From positions 1 through 39,729 of the IMG/VR virus record IMGVR_UViG_3300028831_000290: DNA of 39,729 bases; one strand, 5' to 3'. The notes below the pieces were generated by a model. It was given only the letters and a program-made list of their open reading frames with translations, was not told the DNA's origin and ran no database searches. Source of the stretch: a virus. A program made the position numbers and the translations under genes. Shown here piece after piece: positions 29,142 through 38,603 of this stretch (its first letter is position 1; the number at the start of each line of letters is the position of its first letter).

Positions 29142-30404
29142 ATGCCCCAGACCACCGCCGAATGGCGCCGCGATGCCACCGTCGAGGAGCTCACCGCCCG
29201 CGTCGAGGAGATGCGCGCCGAGTGGGCCGAGACCAGCAAGCTCGACCGCGAATCCGGCGAGTTCCGCAAGGCCAAGACCGAATTCCTGGACGAGGTCGAA
29301 CAGATCGACGTCAACCTCACGCTGCGCTCGATGGCGACCATGCCGCCGGCCCTGCGCAACGAGGCGCGCGCGGGCGGAGCCGACAACGGCACGCTGGCCC
29401 CGCAATACGAGCGTCGCAGCCCCGGTGAAATCGTCGTGGCCGACGAGGACTTCATGAACTGGTGCAAGCGCGCCGCGGCCAAGGGCTCGATGATCGGTGA
29501 GTCGCCCGGCGTCGAGCTGCGCAGCCTGATCAGCAGCGTCGAAACCCGGGCGCTGGTGGCCGCGGGCGACGCGAACGGCTCCAGCACCATGTTGCCGGTC
29601 GGCCAGCCGTTCCTGGTCGACACCCGGCGCCGCCGGCTGTTCATCCGCGACCTCATCGGCGTGCAGGGCACCGGGCTGGCCGCGATCCCGTACATCCGGG
29701 AGCTCAACCCGGTGGCGAACGCGCTGTCAGCGAGCACCGTGGCCGAGGGTGCGACGAAGCCGGAAGCCAAGGTCGAGTTCACGCCCGACATCGCGCCGGT
29801 CCAGGTGATCGCGGCCACGATCCCGATCACCACGCAGATCATGGAGGACTCGCCCACCCTGATGGGGTACATCAACGGGCGTCTCACCTACATGCTGGAG
29901 TACCGCGAGGAAGACGAGATCATCCGCGGGAACGGCGTGACGCCGGACCTGAAGGGCATCCTCACCTATTCCGGGATCCAGACGACGCCCACCGCGGGTG
30001 CGGGCGAGTACGCCATCACCATCGGCAACGCAATCGCGAAGATCGAGCTGGTCGACGGCTACGCCGACGGTGTGGCGATGAACCCGGCCACCTTCTGGGC
30101 GATGGTCACCCACCGCGCCGCGGGCGGCTCCGGCACGTTCGACGCCGGCGCCTTCACGCAGTCCCCGATCCAGTACGTGTGGGGCCTGCCGGTCGTGCGT
30201 ACGAACGCGATGGCCGCCAACCAGAACCTCGTCGGCAACTTCGCGATGGGCGCCACGCTGTTCGACCGCTCGCAGTCCGGCGTCCGGATCTTCGAGCAGC
30301 ACGGCACCTTCGCCGCGGAGAACAAGGTGCTGCTGCGCGCGGAGGAGCGCGTCGCGCTGGCCGTCAACCGGCCGGACTTCTTCTGCGTCGCCACGACCAG
30401 CTGA
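29142..30404 (+). CDS. Major capsid protein, HK97 fold with an N-terminal delta-like domain (420 aa)
   Basis: GAGGA precedes ATG 29142. The call rests on size, the helical N-terminal ~100 aa and position after the protease. Confidence 0.85.
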   Translation: MPQTTAEWRRDATVEELTARVEEMRAEWAETSKLDRESGEFRKAKTEFLDEVEQIDVNLTLRSMATMPPALRNEARAGGADNGTLAPQYERRSPGEIVVADEDFMNWCKRAAAKGSMIGESPGVELRSLISSVETRALVAAGDANGSSTMLPVGQPFLVDTRRRRLFIRDLIGVQGTGLAAIPYIRELNPVANALSASTVAEGATKPEAKVEFTPDIAPVQVIAATIPITTQIMEDSPTLMGYINGRLTYMLEYREEDEIIRGNGVTPDLKGILTYSGIQTTPTAGAGEYAITIGNAIAKIELVDGYADGVAMNPATFWAMVTHRAAGGSGTFDAGAFTQSPIQYVWGLPVVRTNAMAANQNLVGNFAMGATLFDRSQSGVRIFEQHGTFAAENKVLLRAEERVALAVNRPDFFCVATTS

Positions 30405-30519
30405 CCTACCCTGATCTGGGCGGAGAGCTCGGAGCACACCTCGCTACGGCGGCGGCTCAAGCTCACCGTGCTCTTCGCCCACCACCTTCGAGCTTAGTTA
30501 GCCAAGCTAAGGAGTTTCC

Positions 30520-30786
30520 GTGGCCACCACGCTCAAGGTCCGGCTGGACCGCAAGATCCCGCAGGACGACGGCCAGACGCAGCTGACGTTCACGGCCGAC
30601 TACGAGGACGGCCGGAACAAGGAGTGGGCGAAGTACACCCCCGCGCTCAGCCTGTCTTTCGTCGTCAAGAACGAGGTCGAGGCGGCGAGCTATGAAGAGG
30701 GCCAGACCTTCACCGTCACCCTCGATGAGGCTGCCGACGACGGCGAACGCGTGCCCGACCCTCGCGAAGGCCGGCGGGCCCAGTAG
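30520..30786 (+). CDS. Hypothetical protein (88 aa), possible head-associated
   Basis: AAGGAG precedes GTG 30520. Follows the capsid gene after a 115-nt gap. Confidence 0.55.
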   Translation: MATTLKVRLDRKIPQDDGQTQLTFTADYEDGRNKEWAKYTPALSLSFVVKNEVEAASYEEGQTFTVTLDEAADDGERVPDPREGRRAQ

Positions 30787-30864
30787 CTCGGTCCGGTGGC
30801 GCCGTGGTCCCTCGCATACTCCGCGCCGCCAACCCCCGCCGGACCGGAGAGAGGAGACGGCGTC

Positions 30865-31053
30865 GTGCGCTTCGTTCCCGACGGCGACGCCGTCTCCCCG
30901 GAAACCGAGTGGCTGAGCAGGGTCAGTCCCTTCCTGACTGCCGACGACCCCCACCAGCGCTGCATCGCGCGAGCCCGTGAGCTCGACGTCCACAGCGTCC
31001 ACCAGGTGTGCGGCTGCCAGGCCGCCCCGTGCACGAAAGAGTGCTGCCGATGA
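30865..31053 (+). CDS. Small protein with a Cys-rich C-terminus (62 aa)
   Basis: GGAGAGAGGAGACG precedes GTG 30865. It ends ...VCGCQAAPCTKECCR. G/C-rich third positions. The start is uncertain. Confidence 0.45.
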   Translation: MRFVPDGDAVSPETEWLSRVSPFLTADDPHQRCIARARELDVHSVHQVCGCQAAPCTKECCR

Positions 31054-31391
31054 GCCACACACGCCCCTCCGGCGCCGGCTGGGTTTCCGGCCTCGAAGCC
31101 GAGCCCGTCGAGGTCGCCACCGAACCGCCCGGTGACGGCATCGGCCCCGACCTGCAGCCGCCGGATCGCATCCCCGGCCAGGACGGCCGGGAGGCCAAGC
31201 GCCTCGCCACCGACTACCGGCAGGCCGTCAAGGACACCTCCGCCACACCCGACGCGATCACCCCCGAGCTACACGAGTCGGCCGAGGAACCGCGCACCGC
31301 CGACCCGTTCGCCGACGCCCGTGCCCGCGAACCGCAGGAGCCGGCGACCGAAGTGCCCGAAGACCCGCGCGAAGATCAGCGGTCTCGATGA
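31050..31391 (+). CDS. Acidic, Pro-rich, likely disordered protein (113 aa)
   Basis: ATGA overlap with the upstream gene. Confidence 0.5.
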   Translation: MSHTRPSGAGWVSGLEAEPVEVATEPPGDGIGPDLQPPDRIPGQDGREAKRLATDYRQAVKDTSATPDAITPELHESAEEPRTADPFADARAREPQEPATEVPEDPREDQRSR

Positions 31392-31612
31392 GTACCGCAT
31401 GGCAAGACCGACACCCGAGCGTCGCGCACTTCGCACCGCTGTTCGTCTACGCACATCTCCCCGAGCACCTGCGGGCGATCTCGAAGCTGTGCGCTGCGCT
31501 CGCTGACGACATGCTCCGTACTCTCCCGGACGGTCCGGAACTGACGGTCGGGCTGCGCAAGCTGCTCGAAGCCAAGGATGCATTTGTGCGCCAGGCGGTG
31601 CTTTCGCGATGA
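31388..31612 (+). CDS. Hypothetical protein (74 aa)
   Basis: ATGA overlaps at both ends. Confidence 0.55.
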   Translation: MSTAWQDRHPSVAHFAPLFVYAHLPEHLRAISKLCAALADDMLRTLPDGPELTVGLRKLLEAKDAFVRQAVLSR

Positions 31613-32187
31613 TTGTCGACTGGGAGACGTACAAGGACCTCACCGGCGACGTCTTCACCGAACAGGCGAAGGCCGAGCGGAACCTTGCACGGGCCCAGCA
31701 GCGCGCCGAGGAGATGACCGGCCGGAAGTTCGACCGCGCCGAGTACACCGAAGCGCTCACCGTCGACGAGGCCGGCCGGGTCTGGCCGAGCGCGACGCCG
31801 GTGGCCAGTGTGAGCGTGCCGATAACGGCCACGGTTGGCGACGACGCGCTCAGCATCGCCACCGGCACGGTGACATGGGCGGACGCGGTGGCCGGCACGC
31901 TGCCCGCGTACCCGGCGCAGGTGGCCCGCCCGCGCGTGCTGGTGACCTACGTCGGCGGTTACGACGCCGTCACGCCGTCGCCCACCGGGCTCGTGGCCGC
32001 CATCTGCGAGCTCGCCCACCGGTACAACTTCCCGGCCGACATGACGACCGTTCCGGCGGGCGCAACGTCGGTCAGCGCGACCGGCCAGAGCGTATCCGGT
32101 AGCCGGCTCGGCGGCTCGGCTTCGGTCCCGCCGGCACTGCGAGCGGAGATCATGAAGCACCAGCACCTCGGCGGGCGGCTGCCGTGA
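31609..32187 (+). CDS. Head-tail connector (gp6-like adaptor) (192 aa)
   Basis: Position, plus an N-terminal pattern (WETYKDLTGD...AERNLARAQQRAEEMTGRKF) typical of gp6-like adaptors. Confidence 0.55.
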   Translation: MIVDWETYKDLTGDVFTEQAKAERNLARAQQRAEEMTGRKFDRAEYTEALTVDEAGRVWPSATPVASVSVPITATVGDDALSIATGTVTWADAVAGTLPAYPAQVARPRVLVTYVGGYDAVTPSPTGLVAAICELAHRYNFPADMTTVPAGATSVSATGQSVSGSRLGGSASVPPALRAEIMKHQHLGGRLP

Positions 32188-32519
32188 TATTCGGGAGCAC
32201 GACCATCAGCGTGCTGCGCGGCGACACCGGCGCCGAAGACGGCCTGGGCGACGTCCAGGACACCGACGACGTCGCCATCGCGGGGCTGCCCGCCTGGGTC
32301 GAGCAGGGATCGCTCAGCCGTCGCGACGACGCCAGCGGGCAGCGCATCACCTTGTCCGGGTACTGGGTGAGCCTCCGCGCAAGCACGCCGTTCCAGTTTC
32401 AGGCGACCGACCGGATTCGCGACGAGCGCACCGGCGACGTACTGCAGGTGGAGACTATCCGGGCCGACCGCGGGTTCGGCGGGAAACGACAGCGCATCTT
32501 CTGCACCATGGCGGCCTGA
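32184..32519 (+). CDS. Head closure / head-tail joining protein (111 aa)
   Basis: GTGA overlap. Called from position and size. Confidence 0.5.
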   Translation: MIFGSTTISVLRGDTGAEDGLGDVQDTDDVAIAGLPAWVEQGSLSRRDDASGQRITLSGYWVSLRASTPFQFQATDRIRDERTGDVLQVETIRADRGFGGKRQRIFCTMAA

Positions 32520-32607
32520 CCGCAGGCTATGATCTCTGCACCGGGACAACCGGTGTTTGACCAGCAGCAATCCGCGAACGCCGACAAGGTGCGGAGGTGA
32601 TCACGTC

Positions 32608-32967
32608 GTGTCTCGCATCGATGTCGACGCTTCCGGGCTTGCCGAGCTGGCCGACTACGTCGAGCAACGGGCTGGCCGCGCGCCTGCACGGATGGTCGAC
32701 GACGCGCGCGGCCGAGCTCCCATCGAGTCGGGTGCACTCAAGGCGTCCGGGCGCGTGGTCAAGATCGGCCGAGGCTACTGGAAGATCATCTTTGGCGAAG
32801 GCCTGCCGGACGCACGCGCCGTTTACCAAGAGGTCGGCACCGGCCCACATTTTTATCAGCCCACCTTCGTCGGCACCGACTTCTCCCCGCTCAAGGGCGA
32901 ACACGACGGCAGTATCGCCCCGCGCGCCTACATCCGCTTCGCCGTCTACCGCGAACGGACGTTCTGA
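32608..32967 (+). CDS. HK97 gp10-like tail completion protein (119 aa)
   Basis: GGAGG lies 10 nt before GTG 32608. APIESGALKASGRVV...ARAVYQEVGTG fits the gp10-family pattern. Confidence 0.55.
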   Translation: MSRIDVDASGLAELADYVEQRAGRAPARMVDDARGRAPIESGALKASGRVVKIGRGYWKIIFGEGLPDARAVYQEVGTGPHFYQPTFVGTDFSPLKGEHDGSIAPRAYIRFAVYRERTF

Positions 32968-33446
32968 TGACGACCCCTGCTCAGGCGCCCACCACCACGC
33001 AGGTGATTCAGGCGTGGTTACGGCATGTCGGCTTCTCGAACAGCTCAACGGTCATCCCTCAGCCGGACAGTTGGATGACGACGCCCGGGTTCTGGGTGCG
33101 CATCGCCGGGGTGGTCGGCGGCAGCGCCGGGCTCGACATCCCCGAGAACGGCCCGGTCGTCCAGCTGGAGACCGTGGCCGCGGCGCGGGCGGCTGCCGGC
33201 GCGAAGTCAACCAGCCGCAAGCTCCCGCGCGGGCTCGCGGAGTCCAAGATGCAGGCCGTGTGCGCGGCCACCTACGCCAGCCCAGCCGGCCTGGACCTGC
33301 AGCTGCCCGCCGACATGCGGCCGGTCTGGCTCACCTCGATCTACCCCGTCAGCGCGGTTCGCGAGCTGCCCGACCCCTCGCCGAATTTCGCCCGTTACTC
33401 CGCCGATATCTACGTCGGCTGGATCGAAAGGAACCCGGTCGGCTGA
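32967..33446 (+). CDS. Tail terminator-like protein (159 aa)
   Basis: TGATG overlap. Lies immediately upstream of the major tail gene. Confidence 0.5.
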   Translation: MTTPAQAPTTTQVIQAWLRHVGFSNSSTVIPQPDSWMTTPGFWVRIAGVVGGSAGLDIPENGPVVQLETVAAARAAAGAKSTSRKLPRGLAESKMQAVCAATYASPAGLDLQLPADMRPVWLTSIYPVSAVRELPDPSPNFARYSADIYVGWIERNPVG

Positions 33447-33468
33447 CCGCGGAGAAAGGCAGGACCCG

Positions 33469-34035
33469 ATGGCCCTCGTGAATACGGCCGACATGATGAT
33501 CGGCCCCGGCAAGCTGCGATACGCGCCCGTGGGGACCGACGACGCGCTGATCGTCGCCACCTACACCCCGAACTGGACCAGCTGGACCGAGGTCGGCGCG
33601 ACCGACGGCGGCGTGCAGATGTCCATCGCCAAGGACTACGCGAACCACAGCATCGACCAGGTGGCCGACTGGGTGGCGAGCACGATCACCGAGCGGCACA
33701 CGACCGTGCAGACCTCGGTGGTGGAGGCGGGCAATCTCGCGAAGCTGGCGCTGGTCAACAACGGCGGCACCACGACGCCGTCCTTCAACCCCTCATGGGC
33801 GAAGTACGAGCCGACCACCGACCTGATCGTCACGCAGGAGACCTACATTTCCGTGGCGCTCGAAGGCGTCACGCTGGCCGGCAAGAAGCGCATCATCGTG
33901 GCGCGCCGGGTGCTCAACGTGGACAGCGTGTCCTGGGAGCACAAGAAGGACGGCAAGACGATGTACGGCTTGAGCTTCGCCGGGCACTATGTGTCCGACA
34001 CGGTCGCGCCGTTCGTCGTCTACAGCCAGCTCTGA
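33469..34035 (+). CDS. Major tail protein (188 aa)
   Basis: GAAAGG precedes ATG 33469. Lies directly upstream of the G/GT chaperone pair. Confidence 0.75.
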   Translation: MALVNTADMMIGPGKLRYAPVGTDDALIVATYTPNWTSWTEVGATDGGVQMSIAKDYANHSIDQVADWVASTITERHTTVQTSVVEAGNLAKLALVNNGGTTTPSFNPSWAKYEPTTDLIVTQETYISVALEGVTLAGKKRIIVARRVLNVDSVSWEHKKDGKTMYGLSFAGHYVSDTVAPFVVYSQL

Positions 34036-34080
34036 CCTGCCGGGCCCGACCCGCCCCGAACTGTCCACAGAGGAGAGAAC

Positions 34081-34482
34081 ATGCTTACGCTTGACAAGCG
34101 CAGTGCCGACTTCGAGGAGATGCTGGCCGGCATCCCCCGCGAGACCATCGCCACGGTCGGAGGCGAGCCGATCACCATCCCCGTCGAGGTGCCGCCCGCG
34201 GTCGCCCTGGGCTACACCCGCACCCGGATGACCTCCGGCGCGGACGTGGCCGTGGTGTGGGCGATGGAGCTGCTGATGACCACGGCGGGGTTCAACCTGC
34301 TGCTGACGGCCAAGCTCGAAGATGCCGACCTCACCACCCTGACCGGCATCGTGATCAACCGGGTGAGCGGAGCATCGGTCGGCACCGCTGATGAGGCCCC
34401 AAAAGCTTCGTCGACTGGTGCGAGCAGCTCACCGCGGCCGCGGCGCACCACCGCGGCGCACTCACGCGCAGCGAGGAAGTAG
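34081..34482 (+). CDS. Tail assembly chaperone G (133 aa)
   Basis: GGAGAG precedes ATG 34081. Contains the slippery site near its 3' end. Confidence 0.8.
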   Translation: MLTLDKRSADFEEMLAGIPRETIATVGGEPITIPVEVPPAVALGYTRTRMTSGADVAVVWAMELLMTTAGFNLLLTAKLEDADLTTLTGIVINRVSGASVGTADEAPKASSTGASSSPRPRRTTAAHSRAARK

Positions 34483-34859
34483 TCCGGGCGCAACCAGACC
34501 TGGACTGGTTTAGGTCCTATGTAGATGAACTGGAAAGCGACTTCTCCGTATACCACCGGCTCGATCTCTGGAGCACCTCGATGGCGACGATCATGCGGCT
34601 GGCGCCGAAGCTCGTGGTGTACGGCGGCGCTCTGCAGCTGGCGATGGGGCGGGATGCGGACGCTCCACAGTCGGCTCCGGTGGCCGGCACTCCGGCATCC
34701 ACAGGTACTCCACAGGCTGTGGACACCCCGGAGGACGTCGTGCGGCAGCTACGGCAGCAGGCGATGGTCGCGCAGTTCAAGGCGATGGGTGTCGAGGTGA
34801 CCAGCGTCGAGCAGATCAGCGACGACGAGATGGAGAAGGTGACGCGCGATGGCGGCTGA
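34081..34859 (+). CDS. Tail assembly chaperone GT, a -1 frameshift product (~259 aa)
   Basis: The -1 frame is open from 34404 to 34859 (..KSFVDWCEQL..YHRLDLWSTSMATIMRLAPKL..) and ends inside the tape measure start region. Confidence 0.7.
34398..34404 (+). promoter_or_regulatory. Programmed -1 ribosomal frameshift heptamer C_CCA_AAA
   Basis: The zero-frame codons are GCC CCA AAA. The X_XXY_YYZ pattern is correctly phased. Confidence 0.65.
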
Positions 34860-37713
34860 GTTCAAGGTCGCGTCTGCCTATGCCGACTTCCGCATCGACG
34901 TCGACGAGGGCATCGACAAGGCCAAGGCCCGGATCAAGCAGCGGCAGCGCGAGCTCGATTCCAGCGCGAAAATCAAGCTCGACGTCGACGTGCAAGACGC
35001 CAAGCGCCAGATCCGCAGCGAGTTCCGCGATGAGCGGTTCACGGTCAAGGCCGATGCGGACACCACTCTGGCTCGTGCGCGGCTGGAGAAGCTGACCGGC
35101 GAAGGCACGTTCAAGATCAAGCCGGATGTGGACGAGCCGGCCGCCCGCCGGACCTCGCAGCAGCTCGAAAGCACTGTCAGCCGGATGGCGAACCGGGCCA
35201 ATGCCCAGTTCGACTTGCTCAAGTTCACGGCCCTCTCGGTCGGTCTGCCCGCTGCAGCTGCCGCCGGGGTCGGGCTCACCGTCGGGGCGCTGGCCGCCGT
35301 GCCGCTCGCTACCGGCGCGATGGCCGTGGCCATGCTGCGCGACACCGACCAGGTATCGGGTGCGTGGGGGGCGCTCTCCAGCCGGGTGGTGACCGACGCC
35401 CAGACCATGAGCATGTCCCTGCAGGACGAGGTGGTCGGCGCCGTCGACGACATGGGCGCGGCGTGGGACCGGGTCAAGCCGAAGGTGCAGTCGGCGATGC
35501 TCGCCGGCGCCCCGGCTATCCGCGAGGTCACCGGCGCCGTCACCGACCTTGCCGAAGAGGCCATGCCGGGCCTGGTCGTCGCCGCGCAGCGATCCGGCGA
35601 GGCCATCCACGGAGTGCGCACTTTTGCCGGCCAAGCGGGTGCGGGGCTGCGCGACTTCTTCATCAACGCCAGCGCGGGTAGCGCGTCGGCCGGCCAGGGC
35701 ATAACCATTTTCGGCGGTACAGTACAGACACTGCTGGGTCGCATCGGGCAGCTCGCCGCGAACCTCTCGCAGGCCAGCGCCGGGCCGCTGCGCTCGTTCG
35801 ACGTGGTCCTTGACCAGCTGTCCGGCTCACTGGTCGACGTGACCGCGCAGAGCAGCGGAACGATCGGCGTGCTGCAGGGCTTCGGCACCGCCGGGTCCGG
35901 CCTCGTGACCATCCTGCACGGCGTGCTGGCGGCGGCCGCGGCGCTGCCCCCCGGCATCACGCAGGTGGGCGGCTCGATCGCCGCGGTGTCCATGATCGCC
36001 AACAAGTTCGGCATCGACGCCACCGCCGGGTTCGACGGCTTCACCAAGAAGGTGCGCGACGCGCAGGGGGCGAGCGGCAAGTTCACCGCCGCGTGGACCG
36101 GGGCGGCCGCGGGCATCTTCAACCCCGCCACGCTCGCCATCGCGGCTCTCGGTGTCGGCCTGAACCTCTACGGGCAGTACCAGGAACGTGCCGCGGGGTA
36201 CGCCGCCCGGCATCGCGACACTGTCCGCGAGCTCACGCAAGCCATCCGCGAAGACAGCGGCGTGCTGGGCGAGCATGTGTCCAAAGTGAACATGAATGCG
36301 CTGGAGACCAAAAACGCTGCGTCGAACTTGGCGATATACGGGCGAAATCTTGGCGATGCGAAGTTGGCTATCCAGGGCAACAGTGATGCCTATGACCGCC
36401 TGAACTACTCGGCTCGCGCTCAGATGGAGACCATCGGGCGAAACGCGAATCTGAACGATGAGAACCGGGGCAAGCTGAAAGAGCTTGCCACAGAAGCACT
36501 TCGCACAGGTAAGTCCTACGACCAGCTCAGCGATGCAGGCGGCGCCAATGTGCGGGTGGCCGCCATGCTGCAAGGGGCGTGGAGCGACCAGATCAACGCG
36601 ATCGTCAACGGCAACGCCGCGGTGGGCGAGCAGATCAACTCTCAGCGCCAGGCCATGGAGCAGTACTACCAGACCGAGCACGCGCTGACCGGGCTGAGCG
36701 AGGCGCAAATCCGGGCGCGCGACGCCACGATCGAGCACACACAGGCGACGCAGGACGCCATTGGCGGCCAGCTGGGGTACCGCGGCGCTGTCCAGAACAC
36801 CAAGACGGCCCTCGACGAGTACGTGAAGATCAACAAGGACGGCAAGGCCAGCGAAGACGAGAAGGCGGCGGCGCTGCTGGGTGTGGAGCAGGCGATGTAC
36901 CGGCAGATCACCGCGGCCGGGCAGGCTGCAGCGGCCACCTACGCCGGCTCGAACGAGAACGAGCGCGGTGCCCGCGCCGCGGCTGCCGTGAACGCCGAAA
37001 CCGTGAAGCTGGCGAACACCTGGGCCGGGCCGTTGCCGGCGTCGCTGCAGGCCGGCATCGCCAAGATGAGCGTCAGCGAAGCACGGGCTGCTGGGCTGAC
37101 CGTGGCCATCGACGGTACCGGCAACGCGGTCTACCGGCTGCCGAACGGCAAAGAGATCCGGATCGAGTCCAACGCCGATCAGCAGCGGGCCCGGGTCGAC
37201 GCGCTGCGCGCCAGCATCGACGCGCTGCACAGCAAGGACATCAAGATCACCACCACCTACTTCTACGGCACGGTGGGCGGCGGCGCGAACCTCAACGGGC
37301 CGTACGTGGCGCGGGCGCAGGGCGGGCTGGTTGGCCGTCTCGCAGCCGCTAGCGGCCGGGCCTATGCCGGAGGGTCGGACGGCGCGGTCATGCCGCTCAA
37401 CGGCGGGATGGTCGGCCGGGCGTTCACGCGCTCGATCCGCGACCTCGTTCCGGCCATGCTCGCATCCGGCGAGCACGTCACGAACACCGAGCAGACCGCG
37501 CGCAATTACCGGGAGCTGCAGGCGATCAACAACGGCCAGCGCAACTACGAGAAGTACCCGGACACCGGGCGGCCGCCGGAGCAGGCTGCTCAGGCCCCGC
37601 AGCAGCGCGGCATGCCTTCGATCAACATGGGCGGTGTCACGCTGGTGGGCGCCGGCCCGGATGAGGTCCTGTCCAAGCTCACGAACCGACTGCGTTGGGC
37701 GGTGAAGATGTAA
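34849..37713 (+). CDS. Tape measure protein (954 aa)
   Basis: Called from size, position, an Ala/Gly-rich helical sequence and central TM-like stretches. Confidence 0.9.
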   Translation: MAAEFKVASAYADFRIDVDEGIDKAKARIKQRQRELDSSAKIKLDVDVQDAKRQIRSEFRDERFTVKADADTTLARARLEKLTGEGTFKIKPDVDEPAARRTSQQLESTVSRMANRANAQFDLLKFTALSVGLPAAAAAGVGLTVGALAAVPLATGAMAVAMLRDTDQVSGAWGALSSRVVTDAQTMSMSLQDEVVGAVDDMGAAWDRVKPKVQSAMLAGAPAIREVTGAVTDLAEEAMPGLVVAAQRSGEAIHGVRTFAGQAGAGLRDFFINASAGSASAGQGITIFGGTVQTLLGRIGQLAANLSQASAGPLRSFDVVLDQLSGSLVDVTAQSSGTIGVLQGFGTAGSGLVTILHGVLAAAAALPPGITQVGGSIAAVSMIANKFGIDATAGFDGFTKKVRDAQGASGKFTAAWTGAAAGIFNPATLAIAALGVGLNLYGQYQERAAGYAARHRDTVRELTQAIREDSGVLGEHVSKVNMNALETKNAASNLAIYGRNLGDAKLAIQGNSDAYDRLNYSARAQMETIGRNANLNDENRGKLKELATEALRTGKSYDQLSDAGGANVRVAAMLQGAWSDQINAIVNGNAAVGEQINSQRQAMEQYYQTEHALTGLSEAQIRARDATIEHTQATQDAIGGQLGYRGAVQNTKTALDEYVKINKDGKASEDEKAAALLGVEQAMYRQITAAGQAAAATYAGSNENERGARAAAAVNAETVKLANTWAGPLPASLQAGIAKMSVSEARAAGLTVAIDGTGNAVYRLPNGKEIRIESNADQQRARVDALRASIDALHSKDIKITTTYFYGTVGGGANLNGPYVARAQGGLVGRLAAASGRAYAGGSDGAVMPLNGGMVGRAFTRSIRDLVPAMLASGEHVTNTEQTARNYRELQAINNGQRNYEKYPDTGRPPEQAAQAPQQRGMPSINMGGVTLVGAGPDEVLSKLTNRLRWAVKM

Positions 37714-38594
37714 TGCCCACAGCGATCACGACCATCACGCATCAGCTGGGCCCGCTGCTGCTGAACGCGGTGGACGACCTCGGGAACCGGTGGGGGGTGG
37801 TCGATATCGAGGACGGGTACTCCACACCGCCGGTGAAGCAGCGCTCCGGCAAACGCCCGTACGGGCACGGCTCGTTCCGGGCCCGGTCGTTCTGGGATGA
37901 GAGGCGGCTCACCATCACCGGGTGGGCGGAGTGCGCCTCGGGGTTCGCCGCGGAGGTCGCGAGCGACTACCTCAAGAGCATTTTCATCACCGGCGATCAG
38001 GTCACCTACACCAAGAAGATGCGCCAGGGGTCCCGGTTCATCAACGTCGAGCTCGCCGACGCAATGCGGGTTCGGGTCGAGTCCGGCGCGTGCATGCTGA
38101 CCTACCAGATCCCGCTGAAGGCGACCGACCCGCGGTACCTGGACAGCGTGCTGCAGACCGTGTCCGCAGCCGTATCGGCGCCGTCGACCTCCGGCCTGGA
38201 CTGGGTGACGGGCGGTGGCCTGGACTGGGTGACGGGCGGTGGCCTGAACTGGGGCACGTCCACCAGCACCGGACTGCTGTCGGTGACCAACAACGCGGGC
38301 ACGGCCGACGCCTACCCGCTCGTGTCGATCGCGGGCTCAGTGATCAATCCGTCCATTTCGGACCCGGTCACCGGGCGCATGGTCTCCTACAACGGCCAGA
38401 TCTCCACGGGCCAGACGCTCGTGATCGACATGTCCCCATTCACCCGCAGCGTCACCGTCAACGGTGTCGATCGCTCCGCCGCGCTGTCGTCCGCCCAATG
38501 GGTCACCGTACCGCCCGGTGCTACCCGCTCGCTCCAGTACGGCGGTTCCGGAATCGGCCAGGCAACCGTCACCATGCGGTCTGCGTACCTGTAG
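37713..38594 (+). CDS. Distal tail protein (Dit-like) minor tail protein (293 aa)
   Basis: ATG 37713 shares its A with the tape measure TAA. It is the first gene after the tape measure. Confidence 0.6.
   Translation: MPTAITTITHQLGPLLLNAVDDLGNRWGVVDIEDGYSTPPVKQRSGKRPYGHGSFRARSFWDERRLTITGWAECASGFAAEVASDYLKSIFITGDQVTYTKKMRQGSRFINVELADAMRVRVESGACMLTYQIPLKATDPRYLDSVLQTVSAAVSAPSTSGLDWVTGGGLDWVTGGGLNWGTSTSTGLLSVTNNAGTADAYPLVSIAGSVINPSISDPVTGRMVSYNGQISTGQTLVIDMSPFTRSVTVNGVDRSAALSSAQWVTVPPGATRSLQYGGSGIGQATVTMRSAYL
38193..38254. repeat. 24-bp tandem repeat (2 exact copies plus 1 diverged partial copy) inside the Dit-like gene
   Basis: GGCCTGGACTGGGTGACGGGCGGT occurs twice, then GGCCTGAACTGGGG. It encodes GLDWVTGG GLDWVTGG GLNWG. 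Confidence 0.9.
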
Positions 38595-38603
38595 GAGAAA
38601 CCT

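Noticed and set aside
30405-30519. Terminator after the capsid gene
   Set aside because: Only short, interrupted complementarities are present (a 6-bp GAGCAC/GTGCTC pair with a 33-nt loop). This is not convincing.
34878-37476. 420-aa and 549-aa minus-strand ORFs inside the tape measure region
   Set aside because: They are antisense shadows of the 954-aa tape measure ORF. That ORF fits the G/GT -> tape measure -> Dit synteny.
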